Positions 17,401 to 25,726 of a stretch of 64,000 bases of DNA are shown piece by piece. The notes below the pieces were generated by a model. That model was not told where the DNA came from. It saw only the letters and a program-made list of their open reading frames with translations, and ran no database searches. Both the position numbers and the translations under genes were made by a program. Origin of the DNA: Candidatus Latescibacterota bacterium (GTDB lineage: Bacteria; Latescibacterota; UBA2968; GCA-2709665); contig OZ220733.1 in assembly GCA_965116875.1 (NCBI GenBank), positions 3,136,001-3,200,000 on the forward strand, in the 5' to 3' direction. The stretch's first letter is position 1; each line of letters begins with the position of its first letter.

Positions 17401-20400
17401 GCGGCGGGCCTGGTCCACGGCGACTCGTCGGTGGTGAAGGCCACGCCGCGGTCCTGTCCCGTGATCACGGTGGGCGGCATCGAGGATGCGACGATCACGC
17501 TGGGCGGGTCCGTCTCGATGACGGCCGCAGCCGCCGGCGGCGCGGCGCCGCATGCATATGCCATGTCGGTGTCTCCCGAGACCGGATCGGGCCTGTCCAT
17601 CGGTGAGGAAGACGGCAGCATCACCGGCACGCCCACGGCCGCGGGCACGTATACCGTAACCGTGACCGCAACGGACGACGACGGCTGCGTGGGCGCGGGC
17701 GCGTTCACGCTGAAGGTGTGTCCCGTGATCACGGTGGGCGGGCTGCGCGACACGACGATCACGCTGGGGCAGGCCGTCTCGATGACGGCCGCCGCGACGG
17801 GCGGCACGGCGCCGCGTGAATTTTCCCTGTCCGTGTCTCCCGAGACCGGATCGGGCCTGTCCATCGATGAGGAGGACGGCAGCATCACCGGCACGCCCAC
17901 GGCCGCGGGCACGTACACCGTCACCGTGACCGCAACCGACGCCGACGGCTGCACCGGCACGGGCGCGTTCACGCTGAAGGTGTGTACGGTCATTACCGTG
18001 AGCGGGCTGAAAGATACGACGATCACGCTGGGCGGGTCCGTCTCGATGTCGGCCAGCGGACCGGGCAGCCCCGCGTCATACTGGTACACGCTGTCGGTAA
18101 CGCCGGCAACGGGGTCCGGCCTGACCGTCGGGGAACGCAACGGCAGTATCACCGGCACGCCCACGGCCGCGGGTACGTACGCCGTCACCGTGACCGTGAA
18201 GGACGACGACGGCTGCATGGGCACGGGCGCGTTCACGCTCAAAGTCTGTACCGCGATCACGGTCACGGCGCCGGGCGATGCGACGGTGACGGTCGGTCAG
18301 CAACTCTCGCTCAATGCGCGCGCGACAGGGGGCTGCGGGACGATCACGTTCAGGAAGAAGAGCGGTTCCGGCTGGGTCACGGTGCACGCGAACGGGAACG
18401 TCCGGGGCACGGCGCCGGGTACGCCCGGAAAGCACAGGGTCACGATCACGGCCACGGATACGGAAGGCAACAGCGCCGACAGGTCGTTCACCATTACCGT
18501 TCGGTGCAGTCGCGTCAGAATCGACGACGTCGACGACATGACCGTGACGGCGGGCGCGTCGAAGTCGTTCACGGCAACCGCTCGCGGCGGATGCGGGTCG
18601 AAGACGTTTTCGAGGGAAAGTGGGCCGGAGTGGGTAGAAGTCACAAGCGGCGGGAGCATTACGGTGGCGCCGCCGGCAGACACGACACCCGGCCCTTACG
18701 ACGCCAGGGTGCGGGCGCAGGACAATTACGGGAACCCCGACGGGGAGTCCTTCAGGATAGAGGTAAGACCTCGCCCATGTCCGACGATCAGCGTCAGTGC
18801 CGGCAGCGAAATGTCGGTCGTCGTCGGTGAAGATATCACGCGGACCGTGACGGCCACCGGCGGGGAGTCGCACACCTTTACACTTTCGGTCAGCCCGTCG
18901 TCGGGCATAAGCCTCTCGATAGGAGAAACGAGCGGACGCATCACCGGCAGCGCCTCGAAAGCAGGCACGTACACCGTAACCGCGACCGCCCGGGCCGTCG
19001 GTGCGTCGGCCGGCTGTGACCCCGGCACGGATTCATTCACTGTGACCGTGACCTGTCCGACGATTACGGTGGACGGGCTGCGTGACGTGACGGTGAAGAA
19101 GGGACAGGCGATGCCATCGATGACGGCGACGGCATCGGGAGGTCAGTCGCCGTATACGTTCACGAGGAAAATGGGGCCGTCGTGGGTGACGGTCTCGTCC
19201 GGCGGGGCCATAGGCGGTACGGTTACGGGAGATCCCGACCAATACGACGTGACGGTGGAAGCGACGGACGATTGCGGCTGCAAGGGTACCGGCTCATTCA
19301 GGATCACCGTCGAATGCCCTGAGATAAGCATTGCGTCGATCGACAACGTCACGGTGACGCAGGAAGATGAAATGCAGACGAGGACGGCGACCGCGTCGGG
19401 CGGCAAGGCGCCGTACACGTATACGATGTCAGGGCAGCCGTCGGGGGCAGATATCGACGCATCGAGCGGGGTGATCGGCGGCAAGGTCACGGACGACGCC
19501 GGCACGTACAACGCGACGGTGACGGCGACGGACTCGAGCGGCTGCAAGGGCACGGGCGGATTCAAGATCATCGTCATCGCAAAGGCGCCGGAGGTCACGT
19601 GCCCCTCTGATCAGGAGGTGACGCAGGGCGGCTCGATTTCAGGAATCGCGGCGACGGTGTCCGGCGGGACGCCGCCGATTACCTTCCTGCCGCTGTCGAT
19701 TCACCCATCGACCGGATTGACAATGTCCATATCGCAGGACGGATCGATGACCGGGACGGCCGGCGCGGCGGGTGTTTACAAGGTGACGGTGGCCGTAGAA
19801 GATGATCTTGACAGGCCGGGTTCGTGCTTCTTCACCGTCGACGTTGCCTGCCCGCCGCTGTATCTCGGGTACATCTCTGCCGTGGTGGCGCAGAAGGGTT
19901 CGGCCATATCCGCGATCCAGGCCAGGGCCTCCGGCGGGTGTCCTCCCCTCGAGTATTCGCTGTCGTCCAGCCCGTCCTCCGGCGCAGGCCTGTCCATCGG
20001 CGCGTCGAGCGGCAGGATTACCGGCGCCCCCACGGCCGTGGATACGTTCGAGGTGACGGTGACGGTGACCGACTCCGCGGGCGCGTCGAAGGCGAGGACG
20101 TTCGAGATGCGGGTGGCGGCGCCGCTGTCCGTGGACGCGCCGGACGTGTGGGAGGCGGTGGACGTGCCGATTCTGAGTGTATTCGTCACGGCATCGGGCG
20201 GGCAGCCGCCCTACCGGTATTCGCTGTCCGGCGGTCCGTTCGGGCTTTCGCTGAACGCGACGACCGGTGAGTTCACCGGCGAGGTGGGAGAGACGGGGAC
20301 GTGGAACGCCACGGTGAGGGTGACGGACGCGGACAGGCGCAGCAAGTCCGCCGGCATCACAGTCACGATCTACCTGCCCGGCGACTTCAACGGCGACGGC

Positions 20401-20598
20401 AGGCGCGATGCTGCCGATGCGAAGCTTTTCAACAAGAAGATGGGGCTTCGCAGATCGAACGCGGGTTACGACCGGCGTATGGACCTGAACAGGGACGGGA
20501 TCATCAACTATGCGGATTTCGTCATCCTGTCGGGGTATATCGAACGCGACGCGTCGTCCGGCAGCAGCGGGTCCGGTGGCGGTGGTAGCGGCGGGTGA
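14464..20598 (+). CDS. Giant secreted adhesin-like protein: ~10 fibronectin type III + ~11 Cys-containing Ig-like (He_PIG-type) repeats + paired EF-hand/dockerin-like module + Gly/Ser tail
   Basis: AGGGAGG RBS and signal peptide; repeated LTW...ITGYE...VTGLTNGT.YTFEVRA; repeated G.ITGTPT.AGTY.VTVTATD; DFNGDG...DLNRDG near the C-terminus. Confidence 0.9.
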   Translation: MRYRIPDLGRRCGTCVASMFAVMVLCAPSVCGAGTSPTALRVTLEESVAVIRWEAPSEDASSVTNYEIAWEGSHDGTLPVRSGAIWTKGRATTWDLDLSSNGGLRYLWFKVRAMRGLEGSGWTDTIYLDVEAARQRPPSAPDSLRARPGDGAVALTWAAADDATITGYEVQYAAGGATSPPDWTAAVWREIADSDSTTTAHTVTGLTNGTEYTFEVRARNPAGAGDSSRVTATPISLPSAPDSLRARPGDGQVTLTWADADDATIAGYETRFTTTGFTGPPDWTDVSWVEIPDSDARTTTHVLTGLTNGDVYTFQLRARNTAGPGGPATVTAAPRPPPSSPVDLRASAGEGTVRLTWDDAADPRIRSYETRYGERALPLPEAWETIAGSDGFTTSHAVTGLTDGVLVTFEVRARNASGAGDSSRVTAAAGRPVSPDSLRAGVGDGQVALSWAAADNAAITGYEMRYGETASPLPAWSDEAHIADSDAATVSHAVTGLTNGTSYTFEVRAVSAAGSGASARASATPVRAPLAPGNVKAWPGAGTAAVTWDDPGYPGITGYETRYGESGSALPEVWSAIANSDGNTVSHVVTGLTDGASYTFEVRALNAAGAGPSGAASVRVGALPAPGNVSATAGAGTVTLGWNDVGRPGVAGYETRYGERGSALPEVWSAIAKSDANTVSHTVTGLTDGVLYTFEVRAKNPAGAGQAARVTAAPGTPSAPGNLRWSQDAGTVRLTWDAADNAAITEYQVRYRMGETWDPDWTTIAGSGGSTTGHEITGLTRVTSYTFQVRAVSAAGDGEAAAVMPMAPKMPLNLSAYGGVGRARLSWADPDDATITSYQVRYGESGSALPAWTAAHDVAGSDAATTEHTVEPLTSGTPYAFEVRAKNTAGPGPAASAAATPVPGAPANLEGRPGNGVVTLSWTDPEDAGITGYELVHYAGAARPSPAVWREIDNSGPATVSHAVPDLTNGTAYTFEVRAAAGLVHGDSSVVKATPRSCPVITVGGIEDATITLGGSVSMTAAAAGGAAPHAYAMSVSPETGSGLSIGEEDGSITGTPTAAGTYTVTVTATDDDGCVGAGAFTLKVCPVITVGGLRDTTITLGQAVSMTAAATGGTAPREFSLSVSPETGSGLSIDEEDGSITGTPTAAGTYTVTVTATDADGCTGTGAFTLKVCTVITVSGLKDTTITLGGSVSMSASGPGSPASYWYTLSVTPATGSGLTVGERNGSITGTPTAAGTYAVTVTVKDDDGCMGTGAFTLKVCTAITVTAPGDATVTVGQQLSLNARATGGCGTITFRKKSGSGWVTVHANGNVRGTAPGTPGKHRVTITATDTEGNSADRSFTITVRCSRVRIDDVDDMTVTAGASKSFTATARGGCGSKTFSRESGPEWVEVTSGGSITVAPPADTTPGPYDARVRAQDNYGNPDGESFRIEVRPRPCPTISVSAGSEMSVVVGEDITRTVTATGGESHTFTLSVSPSSGISLSIGETSGRITGSASKAGTYTVTATARAVGASAGCDPGTDSFTVTVTCPTITVDGLRDVTVKKGQAMPSMTATASGGQSPYTFTRKMGPSWVTVSSGGAIGGTVTGDPDQYDVTVEATDDCGCKGTGSFRITVECPEISIASIDNVTVTQEDEMQTRTATASGGKAPYTYTMSGQPSGADIDASSGVIGGKVTDDAGTYNATVTATDSSGCKGTGGFKIIVIAKAPEVTCPSDQEVTQGGSISGIAATVSGGTPPITFLPLSIHPSTGLTMSISQDGSMTGTAGAAGVYKVTVAVEDDLDRPGSCFFTVDVACPPLYLGYISAVVAQKGSAISAIQARASGGCPPLEYSLSSSPSSGAGLSIGASSGRITGAPTAVDTFEVTVTVTDSAGASKARTFEMRVAAPLSVDAPDVWEAVDVPILSVFVTASGGQPPYRYSLSGGPFGLSLNATTGEFTGEVGETGTWNATVRVTDADRRSKSAGITVTIYLPGDFNGDGRRDAADAKLFNKKMGLRRSNAGYDRRMDLNRDGIINYADFVILSGYIERDASSGSSGSGGGGSGG

Positions 20599-20602
20599 CG
20601 CG

Positions 20603-20709
20603 GTAGGGGCGTCCCCTGTGGGCCTGCCTGCAGCGCAGAGCACTGCGCAGGCAGGCGTCCGGACTGTGAGGAAGCCTTCTTCAGGGTGGGGCGGACATTC
20701 CTGTCTGCC
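20603..20709. repeat. Composite REP-like palindromic cluster
   Basis: GTAGGGGCGTCCCCTGTGGGCC, CTGCAGCGCAGAGCACTGCGCAG and GTGGGGCGGACATTCCTGTCTGCC (20686-20709). Confidence 0.8.
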
Positions 20710-20773
20710 TGCTTTTCTGCCCCGTGTCCGCTTCGTGCGCGGGAGTCACCATTCTAACGGAGGTGATTGGATC

Positions 20774-23023
20774 ATGAGAAACCGAATCGTCGGAGCAGTG
20801 CTGACGACGTCGATGTGCATGATTGCCTGGCAGTACGTATCTACCGTGGCGTGGGCCTCATCCGCGCCATCGGACAGCGTGCATTCCTGCGCGGCGGCGG
20901 CATACGAGGCGTGGCTTCGTGAGCACCCTTTGCCTGCTGGCAAGCGGGCGTCGGCGCAGACGGGCTCCTGGGACCGCAATCGGCGGACGGTGCGCACGGT
21001 CTACTTCCATCCCGCCGGCACGGCAATTCGTGCGGACGTGGTGGATACGATCAAGGTGCTGGTACGACGTGCGCAGGCCCTGTTCGAGCAGCAGATGGCG
21101 GCGCACGGGTATGGCGCGAGGACCTTCCGCATAGAGACCGACGGGGATGGCGAGCCGCTGGTGCATCACGTGACGGGACAACACGGGTTCAGTCACTACC
21201 AGGAAAGCCGTCTTAGAATCTACAACACAATCTCCGAGGTGGAGGAACGTTTCAATGTGCAGTCGAACGTGGTTCTCATGTTTATCGACTACCTTAAGGT
21301 ACCGGGCATCGGGGGATGGGGGGGCCGGGACGGGAAGCATGGCGGGACGGCTCAGGTGATGGTCACCGAGCGCTCTACGGGAGGGCTTAGATATAGCGAA
21401 GAAATCCTGGATACAGTCACCCATGAACTTGGCCACGCCTTCGGACTGTGGCACGACTTTCGCGGCCACGACACCATAATGTCATACGGCGCTGTGCGGG
21501 ATTCGATATCGCCGTGTGCCGCCGCCCGTCTGTCCGTGCATCCGTATTTCAACGATGCGGTCCCGGTCGAAGAAGGGACGCGGCCCACGGTCGAGGTCAT
21601 CTCGGACCGGTATGCATCGGGGGCGACGTTTCTGCCCGTGCGTTTGAGAGTAAGCGATGCGGAAGGGGTCCATCTGGTGAATCTGGGTGGGATACGTGAC
21701 GTACCCGAAACGATCGAGGCGTGCCGGCTGCTTTCCGGCGAGCGGGAAGCCATCGTCGAATTCGAGATTGAGATTCTGAAGATTACCGGTTGGTTTCCCC
21801 ATACGTTGCAACAGCGCGTGGCGCACGAACTCTTCGCTGAGGTCATCGATACCGAGGGGGACCGGGAATTGCACCACTTCACTTATTACGAGGTCTCGAG
21901 ACACCAGGTTGCCGTTATGGAGGGGCACGAAGGTTGGGTTAATTCCGTGGCCGGTTGGGTTAATTCCGTGGCCTTTTCGCCGGACGGAAAGACCCTGGCC
22001 GCCGCATCGCTCAATATGATCGGGCTGTGGGACACCGCGACGTGGGAGGAGATCGCCACGCTGAAGAGGCGAGTGGGGCAGGGGGAGACCACCGTCGCCT
22101 TTTCACCGGACGGGAAGACCCTTGCCGCGGGCGGGGACAGGGTTGTGCTGTGGGACACCGCGACCTGGGAACAGATCGCCGCCCTGGAACGGTTCACTTG
22201 GCGATCTTACTATTCGCAAGTCGCGTTTTCGCCGGACGGGGCCACCCTGGCTGCCGGTAATTCTGATGGCGACGTGATCCTATGGGACACCGCGACGTGG
22301 GAAGAGATCGCCGCGCTGGAGGGGCACACCGAGAAAGTGTCTTCCCTGGCGTTCTCACCGGATGGGAAGCTCCTGGCATCGGCGTCGCGGGAAGAGGATC
22401 GCGGGGTCAGGCTGTGGGACGTGGCGTCCGGAGTGGAGTATACCGTGCCAAATACGAAAGGCGAATGGTCCGATGCCGTGGCGTTCTCGCCGGACGGGAG
22501 CACGCTGTTTGCCGGGATGGGCAATGGCGTCAGAATGTGGGACGCGGCCTCCCGGGAAGCGCTCCTTGCATACCCGCTTCATCGGGGTACGGTCATTTCT
22601 CTCGCGCCGTCGCCCGATGGGTCCGCCATGGCTTCCGGCGACCAAATAGGCGACGTCCACGTATGGGATCTTGGTGAGGCTCACTTAATGAGTTTTCATA
22701 AACACGCATACATCGTCAACGTCGCGCATCCGGGGAATATCCACTCGCTGGCGTTCTCTCCGGACGGGTACACGCTGGCCGCAGGCGCGGGAGGCGAGGT
22801 TGTCATATGGGATCTGTCGCCGTACTTCATCCCGGCATCCCGGAGCGCCGACCTCGATGGGGACGGAACCGTGGGCTTCGCCGACTTCGTGCTGTTCGCA
22901 CAGAAGTACGGGCACACCCGCGGCCAGCGGGGGTACGACCGCCGCTTTGACCTGGACGATGACGGCGAGGTGGGGTTCGGTGACTTCCTCATCTTCGCCG
23001 GGGCGTTCGGCCAGGGTGCGTAG
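20774..23023 (+). CDS. Secreted metzincin protease + WD40 propeller + dockerin-like module (paralogue 1)
   Basis: GGAGGTG RBS; signal peptide (AWA); HELGHAFGLWH...IMSY Met-turn; ~7 AFSPDG...LWD repeats; DLDGDG...DLDDDG. Confidence 0.9.
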   Translation: MRNRIVGAVLTTSMCMIAWQYVSTVAWASSAPSDSVHSCAAAAYEAWLREHPLPAGKRASAQTGSWDRNRRTVRTVYFHPAGTAIRADVVDTIKVLVRRAQALFEQQMAAHGYGARTFRIETDGDGEPLVHHVTGQHGFSHYQESRLRIYNTISEVEERFNVQSNVVLMFIDYLKVPGIGGWGGRDGKHGGTAQVMVTERSTGGLRYSEEILDTVTHELGHAFGLWHDFRGHDTIMSYGAVRDSISPCAAARLSVHPYFNDAVPVEEGTRPTVEVISDRYASGATFLPVRLRVSDAEGVHLVNLGGIRDVPETIEACRLLSGEREAIVEFEIEILKITGWFPHTLQQRVAHELFAEVIDTEGDRELHHFTYYEVSRHQVAVMEGHEGWVNSVAGWVNSVAFSPDGKTLAAASLNMIGLWDTATWEEIATLKRRVGQGETTVAFSPDGKTLAAGGDRVVLWDTATWEQIAALERFTWRSYYSQVAFSPDGATLAAGNSDGDVILWDTATWEEIAALEGHTEKVSSLAFSPDGKLLASASREEDRGVRLWDVASGVEYTVPNTKGEWSDAVAFSPDGSTLFAGMGNGVRMWDAASREALLAYPLHRGTVISLAPSPDGSAMASGDQIGDVHVWDLGEAHLMSFHKHAYIVNVAHPGNIHSLAFSPDGYTLAAGAGGEVVIWDLSPYFIPASRSADLDGDGTVGFADFVLFAQKYGHTRGQRGYDRRFDLDDDGEVGFGDFLIFAGAFGQGA
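21932..21973 (+). repeat. Perfect in-frame 21-bp tandem duplication
   Basis: GGTTGGGTTAATTCCGTGGCC x2, giving GWVNSVA GWVNSVA. Confidence 0.9.
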
Positions 23024-23209
23024 TGCGGCGCTCCCACCGTCGCGCAATGCGACGGCGGCGACGCATTTTGCGACACGCCTGCAGTGCCGCGAATAGCCAA
23101 TTCGCGTTACCGAATCACGCGGCCACGTTGGCATTGCAGGGGCGTCCCTTGTGGGTGCCCGCACTGTGAGGAACCCTTCTTGAGGGTGGGGCGGACATTC
23201 CTGTCTGCC
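23024..23209. repeat. Conserved intergenic repeat with nested hairpins and REP-like units
   Basis: Near-identical to 25462-25667 and 27947-28100; contains CGTCGC/GCGACG, CTGCAGTGCC/GGCATTGCAG and CGCGAAT/ATTCGCG stems. Confidence 0.88.
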
Positions 23210-23265
23210 TGCCTTGGTGTCCCTGTGTCCGTGACCGGTGTCGCCACAATAACGGAGGTGATTGG

Positions 23266-25461
23266 ATGATGAAAAACCGAATCGTCGGAGCGCTGCTGAC
23301 GACGTCGATGTGCGTGATGACCTGGCAGTACGTATCTACCGTGGCGTGGGCCTCATCCGCGCCATCGGACAGCGTGCATTACTGCGCAGTGCCGGACCCC
23401 GATGCGTGGCTTCGTGAGCACCCTGTGCCGGCGGGCAAATGGTCGGCGGAAAAGAACGCGGGGGAACCGGGGACGGTGCGCATGATCTACTTTCTGCCGA
23501 ACGACCGCCCGTATCGGCAGACGGTGGTGGATACGATGAAAGCGACGATGCGCCGTGTTCAGACCTGGTACGCGGTGCAGATGGCGTCGCACGGGTACGG
23601 GTATATGACGTTCCGGTATGAGGAGGACGGTGCCGGGGAGCCCGTGGTGCACCGCCTGGTCGGCAAGCACGACGACGCGTACTATCTAAACGACACGTGG
23701 GTGTCCGTGAATTGGGAGCTCGTGCAGGCGTTCGAGGGCGACAATCGCGTCTATTTTGTCGTGATAGACAACAGCAGGGGTAGGGTTCCCTTCGGCGGTC
23801 GCATGTGGGTGAATGGACTCGGATCCGGGTTAAGGTCAAGAGGCACCGCGATGGTTCCCGTCGGATACAAATTCACGACGGCGGCGCACGAACTGGCGCA
23901 CGCCTTCGGGATGAGTGCGCACGATTTCCGGGACACGTCCTACATCCTGTCGTATGGCCGCGGGAAGAACCGGTTGTCGGCGTGCTCGGCGGGACATCTT
24001 GCGGTGTCGCCGTACTTCAACCGCGAGCTTTCGATTGAAACGGACTGGGATTCCAGACCCACCGTCGAATACCTGGGCGCGAGCCGGTGGTATCCCGCAG
24101 GCACAGCGCGCGTCACGCTGCCGTGGCGCGTGTCCGACCCTGACGGGGTGCACATGGTGTTCCTGAACGTTGGCAGACCAGTGGGAGGTTCGCTGTCAGG
24201 GGAGGTGAAGGCGTGCCGCATGCTGTCAGGTCAGACGGAAGCGGTGGTGGCGTTCGAGTATGACGGTGTGATCCCGTCGCTGCCCAATTCGGGTTTTTTC
24301 GATCCGATCACACACAAGTATTACGCGTTAGCGTATGATAGGCGGGGGTACCGTAAGAACAACTCGACCGCCATTGCGCAGGCGTCGCCGCATCACGTGG
24401 CGACCATCGAGTCGCAGGCGGACGTCCTCGTCGACATGGCGATATCTCCCGAACGTGGGCTGTTGGCCGCGGGGTCCGTGGACGGGCGCGTGCAGGTGTG
24501 GGACGTGGACACGTGGGAGGTGATCGCCGTGCTGGACGAACCCGAAGAGGCGGTCGCGAGTGTGGCGTTCTCTCCCGACGGCGGGCTGCTGGCAGCGGGA
24601 GAATTCTTCGACGACCCGATCCGTCTGTGGGATGTGGAAACGTGGCAGGAGATCGCCGTGCTGGAAGGGCATTCTGGTTACGTGGATGAGGTGGCGTTCT
24701 CACCCGACGGGAAGCTATTGGCGTCGGCGTCTCATGACAGCACCGTGAGGGTATGGGACGTGGCGGCGCGCCGGGAGATCGCCGTGCTGGACGCGCATAC
24801 GAGCAGTGTGTACTCGGTCGCGTTTTCGCCCGAAGGGGGCGTATTGGCATCGGCGTCGAGAGACAGTACGGTGAAGCTGTGGGACGTGGACACGTGGGAG
24901 GAGACCGCCACGCTGGAAGGGCGACACCAGGTCTGGGCGCTGGCGTTCTCGCCCGACGGCAGCCTGCTGGCATCGGGGGAACGGTTTTTCGGGGTCAGGC
25001 TGTGGGACGTGGCGTCGCGGCGGCAGGTCGCCGGGGTGAAAGCGGCGTATCCGTTCGCGATCGCGTTCTCTTCCGACGGGCGTATCCTGGCGGTCGAACG
25101 CAATTCCAGCAACGTCTTCCTGTGGGACGTGGTCAGTGAGGAAATCCTCGAGGCGTACGCGCATCCTACCGGCAGCGTGGGGTCGGCCGCGTTCCTGCCC
25201 GACGGGAAGCTATTGGCTGTGATGGACAAGGACGGGATCGAACTGTGGGACGTGTCCCCGCACACCGGCCCTGCATCGCGCATCCCGGACTACGACGGTG
25301 ACGGTGCGGTGGGCCTAGGCGACTTCGTGAAGTTCGTGGCGAAATTCGGATACAGCCGCGGCCAGGACGGGTACGATCCGCGCTACGACCTGGACGGTGA
25401 CGGCGAGGTGGGGTTCGGTGACTTCCTCATCTTCGCCGGGGCCTTCGGCCAGGGTGCGTAG
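23266..25461 (+). CDS. Secreted metzincin-like protease + WD40 + dockerin-like module (paralogue 2)
   Basis: HELAHAFGMSAHDF; WD40 repeats (GH..VAFSPDG..LASAS.DSTV.LWD); paired EF-hand C-terminus. Confidence 0.9.
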   Translation: MMKNRIVGALLTTSMCVMTWQYVSTVAWASSAPSDSVHYCAVPDPDAWLREHPVPAGKWSAEKNAGEPGTVRMIYFLPNDRPYRQTVVDTMKATMRRVQTWYAVQMASHGYGYMTFRYEEDGAGEPVVHRLVGKHDDAYYLNDTWVSVNWELVQAFEGDNRVYFVVIDNSRGRVPFGGRMWVNGLGSGLRSRGTAMVPVGYKFTTAAHELAHAFGMSAHDFRDTSYILSYGRGKNRLSACSAGHLAVSPYFNRELSIETDWDSRPTVEYLGASRWYPAGTARVTLPWRVSDPDGVHMVFLNVGRPVGGSLSGEVKACRMLSGQTEAVVAFEYDGVIPSLPNSGFFDPITHKYYALAYDRRGYRKNNSTAIAQASPHHVATIESQADVLVDMAISPERGLLAAGSVDGRVQVWDVDTWEVIAVLDEPEEAVASVAFSPDGGLLAAGEFFDDPIRLWDVETWQEIAVLEGHSGYVDEVAFSPDGKLLASASHDSTVRVWDVAARREIAVLDAHTSSVYSVAFSPEGGVLASASRDSTVKLWDVDTWEETATLEGRHQVWALAFSPDGSLLASGERFFGVRLWDVASRRQVAGVKAAYPFAIAFSSDGRILAVERNSSNVFLWDVVSEEILEAYAHPTGSVGSAAFLPDGKLLAVMDKDGIELWDVSPHTGPASRIPDYDGDGAVGLGDFVKFVAKFGYSRGQDGYDPRYDLDGDGEVGFGDFLIFAGAFGQGA

Positions 25462-25667
25462 TGCGGCGCTCCCACCGTCGCGCAATGCGACGGCGGCGAC
25501 GCATTTTTCGACACGCCTGCAGTGCCGCGAATAGCCAATTCGCGTTACCGAATCACGCGGCCACCTTGGCATTGCAGGGGTGTCCCTTGTGGGCCTGTCT
25601 GCCGCCAGGCAGGCGTCCGGACTGTGAGGAAGCCTTCTTGAGGGTGGGGCGGACATTCCTGTCTGCC
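25462..25667. repeat. Conserved intergenic repeat, copy 2
   Basis: Same sequence as 23024-23209, ending in GTGGGGCGGACATTCCTGTCTGCC. Confidence 0.88.
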
Positions 25668-25726
25668 TGATTTGCTGTCCCGTTGTCCACGGCCGGAGTC
25701 GCCATTATACCGGAGGTGATTGGATC

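Noticed and set aside
14782-17553. 923-aa minus-strand ORF and other long antisense ORFs (9931-11643, 30256-31863, 33830-35458, 51099-52757, 61882-63513)
   Set aside because: Shadows of well-supported GC-rich genes on the opposite strand; no motifs, often Arg/His/Pro-rich.
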